64,000 bases of DNA from an uncultured Gemmatimonadales bacterium (GTDB lineage Bacteria > Gemmatimonadota > Gemmatimonadetes > Gemmatimonadales > GWC2-71-9), in NCBI GenBank assembly GCA_963795085.1, contig CAWCFX010000001.1:832001-896000 (forward strand). The letters are read 5' to 3'. The notes under the pieces were generated by a model. It was given only the letters and a program-made list of their open reading frames with translations, was not told the origin of the DNA and did no database searches. The position numbers and the translations under genes are program-made. This document shows, piece by piece, positions 30,329-39,300 of the stretch; position 1 is the stretch's first letter, and every line of letters begins with the position of its first letter.

Positions 30329-30852
30329 GCCGGCCGGCCGGGTTCACCCTGGTGGAACTCCTCGTGGCGTTGACCGTGGCCGGCGTGGTCGCCCTGCTCA
30401 CTCACCAGATCTTCGGGGCCGCCACGGGAGGGATGCAGCAGGTGGAAGCCGCCCGGCGCCAGTTCGAGCCGGAGCAGCTGGGGATTCGCTGGCTGGACGC
30501 CGCGTTCCTCTCGCTGGAGGCCGGCAACGGGGGCGCGGGGTTCGAAGGGCACGGCGACCGGATGGCGTTCTCCAGCTGGCTCGTCACCACCAACGGATGG
30601 CTGGAGCGTTCGCCGGTGGCGCTGCGGCTCGACCGGGGCCGGCTGGTAGCGGGCACCGCCCACGGTGACCTGGAGATCCTGTCCGGAGTCACCGCGCTCG
30701 CCTGTGATTACCTGCTCGACCCCGGACTCGACAGCCGCTGGGTGTCCGCCTGGGTTTCACCGCTGACCGCGCCGCTGGGGGTTCGGCTCCGGCTGGAGCG
30801 GCCTGGCGGGGAAGTGGACACGTTGCTCTTTCTGATCAAGGGACGCGGATGA
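30325..30852 (+). CDS. gspJ: Minor pseudopilin, GspJ-like
   Basis: AG/FTLVE motif; PLGVRLRL C-terminus. Confidence 0.75.
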   Translation: MSRPAGFTLVELLVALTVAGVVALLTHQIFGAATGGMQQVEAARRQFEPEQLGIRWLDAAFLSLEAGNGGAGFEGHGDRMAFSSWLVTTNGWLERSPVALRLDRGRLVAGTAHGDLEILSGVTALACDYLLDPGLDSRWVSAWVSPLTAPLGVRLRLERPGGEVDTLLFLIKGRG

Positions 30853-31724
30853 ACCGCCGTGGATTCGCCCTGCTCGCCGTACTCTGGCTGATCACGATGC
30901 TGTCGGTGCTCATGGCGGCCGGGCTGGTCGCGGTACGCCACGGCCTCAAGGCCAGCGGCAACCGGGTCGTACTCACCCGGGCGGCCTGGGCCCGGGAGGC
31001 CTGCATCGAGATCATGCTCGCCCGGGGATTCACCACGGCGAGAAGCAGCCAGGTCGCGGTCACTGGCGTAAACGGCCGAGTTGATCTTGGCCGGGAGGCC
31101 TGGTGCGAGCTGCGGGTCGAGGATCCCTCGGCCGCGCTCAACCTGAACCTGGCCCCGGAAAGCGCGCTCCGGTCGTTCCTGGCCGACGACTCCCTGACCG
31201 ATGCCCTGCTTGACTGGCGGGACAAGGATGACCTGGCCCGGGTCGCGGGGGCGGAATCGGACTGGTACCGCCAACACCGCCGACCCACTCCGAGGAATGG
31301 CCCCCTCGTGTCGCTCCGGGAGCTTGCCCTGGTGCGCGGATTCGAGAACCTCGATTCGGCCCGACTGGCCGAGACCCTTACGGTGCGCGGGCGGGGGCAG
31401 GTCAACCTCAACCGGGCGGCTCCCGCGGTTCTCCGGGCCGTACTCGACGTCCCCGAGGAACTGGCCCGACTGATCCGCGAGCGCAACCAGCGGGGCCTCC
31501 CGGTGGAGAATCTCGACCATCTGATCGGGCTCGCGTCCCCCAGCCTGCGGCCGGTGCTGGCGGCCCGATACAAGGAGCTGATCCAGTCGGTGAGCTTTGC
31601 GCCGTCGGAACTGGTGGTGATCGCGACGGCCGGGGTGGGCGAGTCGCCGCTCCGTGCCACCGGTACGCTGACCGTAGTTCCCCTCTCTGGCCGGGTGGCG
31701 GTAATCCGCCGCCAGGTGGAATGA
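30849..31724 (+). CDS. gspK: Minor pseudopilin GspK
   Basis: RRG/FALLAVLW (no E5); LNLN; DALLDWRDKD; GAE..Y; ELALVRG. Confidence 0.9.
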   Translation: MNRRGFALLAVLWLITMLSVLMAAGLVAVRHGLKASGNRVVLTRAAWAREACIEIMLARGFTTARSSQVAVTGVNGRVDLGREAWCELRVEDPSAALNLNLAPESALRSFLADDSLTDALLDWRDKDDLARVAGAESDWYRQHRRPTPRNGPLVSLRELALVRGFENLDSARLAETLTVRGRGQVNLNRAAPAVLRAVLDVPEELARLIRERNQRGLPVENLDHLIGLASPSLRPVLAARYKELIQSVSFAPSELVVIATAGVGESPLRATGTLTVVPLSGRVAVIRRQVE

Positions 31725-31730
31725 ACGCCT

Positions 31731-32708
31731 ATGCCGCGTGAGGTGCTCCGGCTCATGGTGAACGGGACGCGCGTGTCGGCGGACCTGGTCCGGGGCGCCC
31801 GAACCCTCTGGTCGGGCGAAGCCGGCTATTCCGGCATGGAGGACCTCGCGGAAGTGATCGCGCGGATCGCGGTGGAACCGCAGCTGGTGCGGCCCCGGAC
31901 CGCCGTGCGGGTCCAGGTGGAACGGCCGGTGATGCAAAGCCGGGTTCTCCACGATCTGCCGCCGGTCTCGAAGGCGGCACTGCGGCCGATGGTCGAGCGG
32001 CAGGCGCACCGGTATTTCCGCAGGAACGGCAAGCCGCTGGTGGTAGATGCCTGTTACCTGGGCGGCGGGAAACCAGCCAGGGCCGTGCAGCTGGTGGCCA
32101 TCGAGGAGCCGGTGATCACCGCGATTGTGGCCGGGGTGCGCGCGGCGGGGCTGACCCTGGAGCGGGTGGCGCCGGCCGGGTTGTCCCCGGCGCTGTCGCT
32201 CCTCCCTCCAGACGAGCGGGATCGCCGGAGGCGGGAACGCCGGCTTTCGCTCCGGCGGCTTGGCGCCGCGGCTCTGGGTATGTGGATCCTTGTCGCGGGC
32301 CTCTCCGCCGCGTCCGCGGTCCGCCAGACGAAGGCGGCGGAACGCGAGCTGGCCCTCCTGGCGGAGCCGGTCGCGGCGCTGGCCAGGGTGAAGCGGGAGA
32401 CGGCGCGGGCCGATGCGGTGGCCGGCCAGCTCGCCGCCGACGCAGCTCGGCGCGGTGAACTGTCCGTCCTGCTGGCCGGGATCACGGCGGCCCTTCCCGA
32501 CTCGGCTTTTCTCACCTCGCTGACCGTGCCCGAACGGCACCGTGGCTATCTCGGCGGCTACGCCCGCCGAACCTCTGAGGTGGTCGCGCGGCTGGAACGG
32601 TCCGGCCTGGTGCGGGAGCCCCGGATTGACGGTTCCCTGGGCCGGGAGGTCATCGCCGGCATCGAGTGGGAGCGCTTCAACATCACCTTCGGCGAGGCCA
32701 CCGAATGA
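31731..32708 (+). CDS. gspL: GspL/PilN-like assembly protein
   Basis: Cytoplasmic domain, LSLLP, TM, coiled coil, ALPDSAFLTSL; position after gspK. Confidence 0.7.
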   Translation: MPREVLRLMVNGTRVSADLVRGARTLWSGEAGYSGMEDLAEVIARIAVEPQLVRPRTAVRVQVERPVMQSRVLHDLPPVSKAALRPMVERQAHRYFRRNGKPLVVDACYLGGGKPARAVQLVAIEEPVITAIVAGVRAAGLTLERVAPAGLSPALSLLPPDERDRRRRERRLSLRRLGAAALGMWILVAGLSAASAVRQTKAAERELALLAEPVAALARVKRETARADAVAGQLAADAARRGELSVLLAGITAALPDSAFLTSLTVPERHRGYLGGYARRTSEVVARLERSGLVREPRIDGSLGREVIAGIEWERFNITFGEATE

Positions 32709-33283
32709 CGCGACTCTCGCGGGCCCGGTTGCGGCTGGGCATCGGCGCCATCCTGGCCTGCTGGGTGGCGATCCGGGTTCTGCCCGCGATGGTGGACGGG
32801 ATCCGCGACGTCCGATGGGAGGCCGCCGACCGGACCCGCAGGCTGGAGCAGAGCCGCCGCGAGATCGGGCGGGAACCGGAGATCCTCGCGGCCGCCGCGG
32901 CCGCCCGGGAACAGCTGGTGGCCGCGTCGGCTCAGCTCCTTCCCGGCGAGTCGGCTGCCCAGGCGAATGACGCGCTTTCCGGCCTGGTCAACCTGGCGGC
33001 GGACCGGGCCAGCGCCCGGCTCTCCGGCTCCAGCCCGGAAGTGGATTCGGCAGCGGTGGGGAGTCTCCGCCGGGTGTCTCTTCGCGCGGCCTTCGACTGC
33101 GACATCCGCGGCCTGGTAACACTGCTCCATACCCTCGCCGAGGAGGAAGTGGTGCTGGTCGCCGATGGCCTGCGGGTGCTCGCGGCGGAAGCCGGGGGGA
33201 ACCCGGCGGGACCCGAGGTGCTGCGCGTGGAGCTGACCGTTCGCGGCTGGTACCAGGAGGGAAACACGGGGTCTCCGCCATGA
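32705..33283 (+). CDS. gspM: GspM/PilO-like protein
   Basis: N-terminal TM, coiled coil, ferredoxin-like C-terminus; position. Confidence 0.72.
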   Translation: MTRLSRARLRLGIGAILACWVAIRVLPAMVDGIRDVRWEAADRTRRLEQSRREIGREPEILAAAAAAREQLVAASAQLLPGESAAQANDALSGLVNLAADRASARLSGSSPEVDSAAVGSLRRVSLRAAFDCDIRGLVTLLHTLAEEEVVLVADGLRVLAAEAGGNPAGPEVLRVELTVRGWYQEGNTGSPP

Positions 33284-33756
33284 GCCCGACCCCCTGGTTG
33301 CGCGTCGGCCTGGTGCTGCTCGGCGGCTCCGCCATCCCCGCGGCCATCGCCTGGAACCGGCCGCCCGCCGTAGAGGCCGAAGAGATGGGTGCGACCGCGC
33401 CAGTGCCGGCCGACACGCTCCCGCCGCCGCCTTTCGATTCTCTCGGCCAGGTGGTTATCCAGCGAAACCCGTTTCGCCTGGGCCGGGTTCCCGCGGACAT
33501 TCCCTTTACCCCTATTCCCCCCGAGGCGGTGTACGTCGAACCGCCACCGCCCAAGCCGCAGCTGGTGCTGAGCGGAATCGTCTGGGGTGAAGAGCCCAGC
33601 GCGCTGGTTGAAGGCTTGCCTGGGGTCGAAGGTGTCCGGCTGATGCGGGTGGGTGACTCGATCGGAACTATACGATTGCGGCGAGTCACCCGAACCGAGG
33701 CAACGCTGGCGGGCATGGACACAACCTGGGTGTTACAAGTGAGGAAACCATGGTAG
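33280..33756 (+). CDS. GspC/PilP-like protein
   Basis: TM, RNPF, Pro-rich linker, LVLSGIVWG..ALV..VGD HR-like domain. Confidence 0.6.
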   Translation: MSPTPWLRVGLVLLGGSAIPAAIAWNRPPAVEAEEMGATAPVPADTLPPPPFDSLGQVVIQRNPFRLGRVPADIPFTPIPPEAVYVEPPPPKPQLVLSGIVWGEEPSALVEGLPGVEGVRLMRVGDSIGTIRLRRVTRTEATLAGMDTTWVLQVRKPW

Positions 33757-35258
33757 CGGATCCGACGATGCTGGGAGTCGTTCCCCCTTCCCATACAGGG
33801 AAGGGGGTTAGGGGGTTAGGTCTGACCTGGCTGGTGATGCTTATCGGTTTCGGAGTCGCCCGGGCCCAGGACACCGCCTCCGTCCGCCCGGTCCAGGACA
33901 GCGTCATAATCCGGCTGGTGGATACCGACCTCCGGGCCGCCGTCCAGGCGCTGAGCCGGTACCTGCCCAAAACGGTACTGGCGGTGAACATCCCGGCCGT
34001 TCGCATCACCCTGGAGCCTCCCGGCCCCATCGCCAGTTCGGCGGTCGCGCCGCTCCTGCGGGGGCTGGTGGAGGCGTATGGTCTCCAGATGGTAGAGGAC
34101 TCGGCGTACTATCGGGTCGAGCCGCGGCCGCCGGTTGCGGCCCCGGCCGGCGGCCAGCCGGGGAGGCCGGCAGGGGCGGATGAGGTCCGGCTGTTTGTCC
34201 TGCGGCTCAAGCACGCGCGCGCGCCGGATGTTGCCGCCACGGTCAATCTTCTCTTCGGGGGCAGTGGTGAGTTCTCCGGCCGCCCGGGGCTGGCCAGCGG
34301 TACCCTGTCCGATGAGCTGCGCCGGCAGGGCGTGCGGCCGGAAGGAGCCCGGCCGGCTCCGCCGGGGGATGCCGCCGCCCGCCGGGCCGCCCTGACCGGC
34401 GCCGTGACCATCGTGCCCGATGAACTCACCAACTCTCTCCTGGTGCGGGCCTCCCGGGAGGACTTCGACGTGATGTCCCAGGCGGTGGAGCTGCTCGATA
34501 TTCGTCCCCTCCAGGTGCTGATCGAGGTGCTGATCGTCGAGTTCCGCAGCGACCGGACCTTCTCGCTGGGCAACAGCGTCCATGTCCCCCCGCAGCCGCT
34601 GGGGCGGGGGACCGGGGGAGGGGACCTTGTCAGTGGAGGGCTGGGCGATCTCATCATCCGGCTGATGAACCTGGGCAAGGCCGAGGTGGACGCCACCATC
34701 CGGATCGCGGCCACCCGGGGCGATGCCCAGATCGTCTCCCGTCCCGTGCTGCTGGCCTCCAATAACACAGAGGCCAGCTTCCTGGTCGGGTCGCAGCGGC
34801 CCTTCGTGCAGGTGAGCCGGTCGCTGCCGACCGATGCGCCGAGCCGGGACCAGGTGGTGCAGTACCGGGACGTGGGGACCAAGCTGACGGTCCTGCCGAC
34901 CATCAACCAGGACGGATATGTCTCGCTCCTGATCCAGCAGGAGATCAACCAGGCCACGGCGGAGCTGCAGTTCGATGCCCCGGTGATCTCCACCCGGGAA
35001 GCGCGGACCCAGGTCCTGGTACGGGACGGGCAGACCATCGTGATCGGGGGACTCCGGGACCGGCAACAGGACCGCAGCCGCTCCGGGATTCCGCTGCTCT
35101 CCGGGTTGCCGCTGATCGGCGGGCTCTTCGGCACCTCGAGCCGGCGGAACAACGAAACCGAGCTGTACATCTTCATCACGCCCCGGATCATTGCCTCGGA
35201 CGACGACGCCGACCGGCTGACGGAAGTCCGGATGCCGGACCCGGGGAGGCTCCGGTGA
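33750..35258 (+). CDS. gspD: T2SS secretin (short form)
   Basis: N domain LKHARA, PDELTNSLLV, QVLIEVLIVE, VRDGQTIVIGGL, IPLLSGLPLIGGLF, ELYIFITPRII. Confidence 0.93.
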   Translation: MVADPTMLGVVPPSHTGKGVRGLGLTWLVMLIGFGVARAQDTASVRPVQDSVIIRLVDTDLRAAVQALSRYLPKTVLAVNIPAVRITLEPPGPIASSAVAPLLRGLVEAYGLQMVEDSAYYRVEPRPPVAAPAGGQPGRPAGADEVRLFVLRLKHARAPDVAATVNLLFGGSGEFSGRPGLASGTLSDELRRQGVRPEGARPAPPGDAAARRAALTGAVTIVPDELTNSLLVRASREDFDVMSQAVELLDIRPLQVLIEVLIVEFRSDRTFSLGNSVHVPPQPLGRGTGGGDLVSGGLGDLIIRLMNLGKAEVDATIRIAATRGDAQIVSRPVLLASNNTEASFLVGSQRPFVQVSRSLPTDAPSRDQVVQYRDVGTKLTVLPTINQDGYVSLLIQQEINQATAELQFDAPVISTREARTQVLVRDGQTIVIGGLRDRQQDRSRSGIPLLSGLPLIGGLFGTSSRRNNETELYIFITPRIIASDDDADRLTEVRMPDPGRLR

Positions 35259-36241
35259 CGGCCCACGCTGTGGGAGATCAGGGGGAAACCATCATCGTCG
35301 GCGAGTCTCCCGCGATCCGCCGGGCGGTGCAGGTGGCCCGGATGTTTGCCCGGACGGCGCTGCCGGTCCTCATCACCGGCGAGACCGGGACCGGCAAGGA
35401 ACTGTTCGCGCAGGAGATCCACCGGTGGAGCGGCCGGCGGGGACCGCTGGTGGACGTGAACTGCGGGGCGTTGCCGCGGGACCTGGTGGAGGGGGAGCTG
35501 TTCGGGCACCGGCGGGGGGCGTACACCGGGGCCGCAACTGACACCAGCGGCCTGATTGCCCACTCCGATGGCGGCACCCTCTTCCTGGACGAGCTCTCCA
35601 GCCTCCCGGTGGAGGGGCAGGTAAAGTTGCTTCGGGCGATTGAGACGAGGGAAATCCGTCGGCTGGGCGATACTCTCAAGCGGCGGGTGGACTTCCGGCT
35701 CGTGTCAGCGGTGCATCACGGCCTGGCCGGCGAAGTTGCCTCTGGCCGGCTCCGGGCGGACCTCCTTCAGCGCCTGGCCGGTGTAGTCATCCACCTTCCA
35801 CCGCTGGTCGATCGCATTGGTGACATGGCGCTCCTGGCTCGCCATTTTCTTCGCCAGTTCCGGTGTACCCTCGGTTGCGGAGCCGATCTGGTGTTAGGTC
35901 AGTACGCCTGGCCTGGGAATGTCCGCGAGCTCAGGTCAGTGATCGAGCGGGCGATCGTGCTCTCATCGTCCACCACGGTCAGTTCGGAAGTACTCGTGGA
36001 AGCCATTGAACTGGGACCGGCTGGAACGCATTCAACGCGAGGGGGAGAGAGGAGTGTACGGAGTGCCCTGGCGCGAAAGCAACTCCTGGGTGCAGCCGAA
36101 CAGAATGGGTGGGATCCCCGCCGGCTGGCCGCCTCCCTGGGCGTAAGCCGTGCTACCCTCTATCGTCGCCTCCGGGCGCTGGGGGTTTCTCTGACACAAT
36201 GCCAGGCTCAAGGTCTCACCGAGTCTCACGAGACACGGTAG
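35255..36241 (+). CDS. Sigma-54 enhancer-binding protein lacking a sensory domain (bEBP2)
   Basis: GETGTGKE, ELFGHRRGAYTGA, GGTLFLDE, RADLLQRL, WPGNVREL, Fis-type HTH LGVSRATLYRRL; coupled to gspD. Confidence 0.93.
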   Translation: MTAHAVGDQGETIIVGESPAIRRAVQVARMFARTALPVLITGETGTGKELFAQEIHRWSGRRGPLVDVNCGALPRDLVEGELFGHRRGAYTGAATDTSGLIAHSDGGTLFLDELSSLPVEGQVKLLRAIETREIRRLGDTLKRRVDFRLVSAVHHGLAGEVASGRLRADLLQRLAGVVIHLPPLVDRIGDMALLARHFLRQFRCTLGCGADLVLGQYAWPGNVRELRSVIERAIVLSSSTTVSSEVLVEAIELGPAGTHSTRGGERSVRSALARKQLLGAAEQNGWDPRRLAASLGVSRATLYRRLRALGVSLTQCQAQGLTESHETR

Positions 36242-36316
36242 AAAATGAGACCACAGCCGACCCGCACGGGGTCGCCAAACTCGTTCGGTGTAACCGCTTA
36301 GGATGAGCCGTTCCAG

Positions 36317-36332
36317 GGGCCTATGTCGTGCA
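36317..36332 (+). promoter_or_regulatory. Sigma-54 -24/-12 promoter of rhs2
   Basis: gGGCCTAtgtcGTGCA (GG-N10-GC); GC 37 nt before ATG 36367. Confidence 0.6.
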
Positions 36333-36366
36333 ATGGAGGGGTCAACTTCCTCCGGATTACCGTCAT

Positions 36367-39300
36367 ATGTTTCTTTTCCGCCGTTGGACTGCGCTAATCG
36401 CACTTCCCCTGCTTTTCCTCGCCAGGGATCATCGTCTCTCGTTCCCGCCAGGCGCTGCTTCCGTGGCCGTAACCCCGGACAACAAGCCTCGAAGCGCGAC
36501 CGCCCACTCGACCGGGTGGAGCGAGGTGTTCACCGTCAAGAATACCGGAACTGTATCTGGCTCCTGGGACTTGTCCTGTACTTCTACGGGGCAGGTCACC
36601 TGCGGCACGGTGATCCCCGATGCGGTGGACCTTGATCCGAGCCAGACCACTAACGTCACCGTCAACTATTCCACGGGCAACCTGGACGCGACCGCGAAAG
36701 TAAAGCTGGTCGCGACCGGCCCTGCCGTGGACACCGGAAGCATAGCGCTCAATGTGGGCACTTCGGTGGTACGGATCGTCTCCCCTGGTGTCGACACGGT
36801 CACCAGCCGCATCGTGATCTCCAACCGGCAGCCGGTGGTGCGGGCCTTGTTTCTCCGGACTGCCGGTGCGGCGGCGGATACGACAGCGACAGTGCTCAAA
36901 TGGCGCGATGTGGATATCACGAATCTGGCCCGCCACAACCGGGGGTTGCTGGAGTGGGAGGTTGACTCGACTCGCTGGCTCGGGGTCGGGGATTCGGCGA
37001 AGATCACGATTATCTACAAAGCCGGGGGCATCACGACTACCGAGAACCGGTGGGCGGTGCTCTTAAATGACGACAAGCCGGTGATCGGATTCCAGGGAAT
37101 GCCGCTGGCGACGCTGAATGGCGGGTTCAGCTCCGGCTTTGGGCCGGGGTTCAGCGTGCAAGGCGCGGAGGTGGAAACCGGGATCGGCGCCATCCCCTAC
37201 GTGAGTATGGGTGTGTCGCGATCGGCGGGCCTGGTGTACTCCACCCGGACTTCCTATCCCCGGGCGCTGGTCAATGTGGATCTGGAAACACCCTGGCCGG
37301 CCGGCACGCCGACCCAGATCAAGCTCTACCTCTGGGATGCCGGGGTGAAAGTGGATTCCCTGGTCCTGGCCAGCACCAGTTGCGTGACCGGCGCGGTGAA
37401 GCGCTGTCGGGCGACGCTGCAAGGTGATTTCTCCGGCAGCACGTTCAGCACGCCGACCCGGAAGCGATTGGCGGTGGAGGCGCTGGTGACGTCCGGCGGG
37501 ACCACCAAGAGTGCCATGGACACCGTCGAGGTGATGCTGGTGGATCGGCGAGCCACCCAGTACGGCAGCGGCTGGTGGCCGAGCGGGATCTCGAAGCTGG
37601 TGGCCGCGGGGCAGGACCGCATTCTGGTGGGACCGTCGGGCAGCGCCACCATCTTCCGGGGCAACGGGGACAGCCTCTACCTTGCCCCGCCGGGGAGTTT
37701 CACAACCCTGGTCAAGACGGGCACCGGCTGGGAGATCCGGCCCCGGGGCAGCACGGCGCGGGTCTACTTTGACACCAATGGCCGGCTGGTCGCGACGGCG
37801 GATAACAACGGCAATCGGGACTCAGTCTTCTACGCCAGTACCACGGACACGGTCACGTCACTCAAGGATCCGATCGGGAAGACCATCACCTTCACCTACA
37901 CCAGCGGCCGGTTGAGCAAGATCACCACCCTGACCGGCGGGGCGGCGCGGGATGTCTTCGTCAACATCGATGGGACCAGTAACCAGCTGACTTACGCCCG
38001 GCTGCCCTATACCGTCAGCTCCAATACGGCGCTTCGCGACACAGTCCGCTTTACCTATCAGAGCTACCCCGGCACCAAAACCCAGCTGATCACCCACCGC
38101 ATCGGGCTGATCGGCGATACCACCCGTTTGGTCTATGACTCGACGTTCAAGCGCCGGCCGGTCCAGGTCTTCCTGCCCCGGGTCCAGGACGAAACCGGCA
38201 GCAATGTCACGCCGGACCTCGAGTATTTTGCCTACGAGCGGCAGGGGTGGGGGACGCTGCGCTCGCTGGACAGCGTCTATGTCGAAGTGAAAGATCCGCG
38301 GGATCACTGGACCCGATCATTGCTCAACCGCTGGGCCCAGGCCCGGACGACCTGGGACGCCTTGGGGACTCTCGGCCGGACGGAGTACGATGCCGATGGC
38401 TTCGTGCTCTGGTCGGAGGGGGCGGTGGCGGACTCCGGGCGCGTATACACTCGCTATGACACCCTCAAAAGAGTGGTGCGGACCTACACCATTCTCACCG
38501 GCGGTACCATCGTCAACGGCGACAGCCTGATCTACGACAGCAATCACCGGGTGATCAAGAGAATCAACCCGTGGGCCGAGCGGGACACCATGGGGTACAC
38601 CGCCAACGGCAATCTGACCTACCACATGGATGCCGACAACAAGATCACCACAACGCTGTACAACTCCACCGGCACTGTCGATAAGATCATCCTGTCCGGG
38701 GACACCAGTTTTATCCAGCACACCTACGACAACCCCTTCGGGAACCGAAGCAGGGTAGAGCGGATCTCAGGCGACTCGACACTCCTTCTGTCCGCATTCT
38801 ATTATGACCAGTACGGACGGGACTCGGTGAGCGAAAGTAAGATCGTGTCTCAGGTCTCGAGTGGTACCACCAACTGGCAATGGCGACGGAGCCTGGTGTT
38901 TCTCTCTCCCCTCAACCAGGTGGATTCCACTATCCTGTTGCGGACCGACAACTGTGCCGACCCCTGCCTCACCCCGCCGAGCTGGCCGTCGCTGCCGGAC
39001 ACTACAAAGGCCCAGCATGTGCGCTATCGTCGGGACCGCGGCGGCCGGGATTCCCTCCGGCTCAATGACCGGAACCAGGCGACCCGCTACGTTCACGACC
39101 GGCTGGGGCGGCTACTGGCTCGCTATCCCGATTCCACCAGCGTTCGCGATTCGATGGTGTATGACGTGGCGGGGAACCTCAAGAAGACCATCACCCGCCG
39201 CGGGCACACCATTGAGAATACCTACGATTCACGAAACCGCACCACTCTGACTACCCTCCCCGGCATCGGGGACCGGACCCGGGTCTACGGCGGGCCCGCG

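Noticed and set aside
26557..35258. Type IV pilus or competence operon
   Set aside because: Canonical GspG and GspK signatures, no PilT retraction ATPase or PilA/PilM
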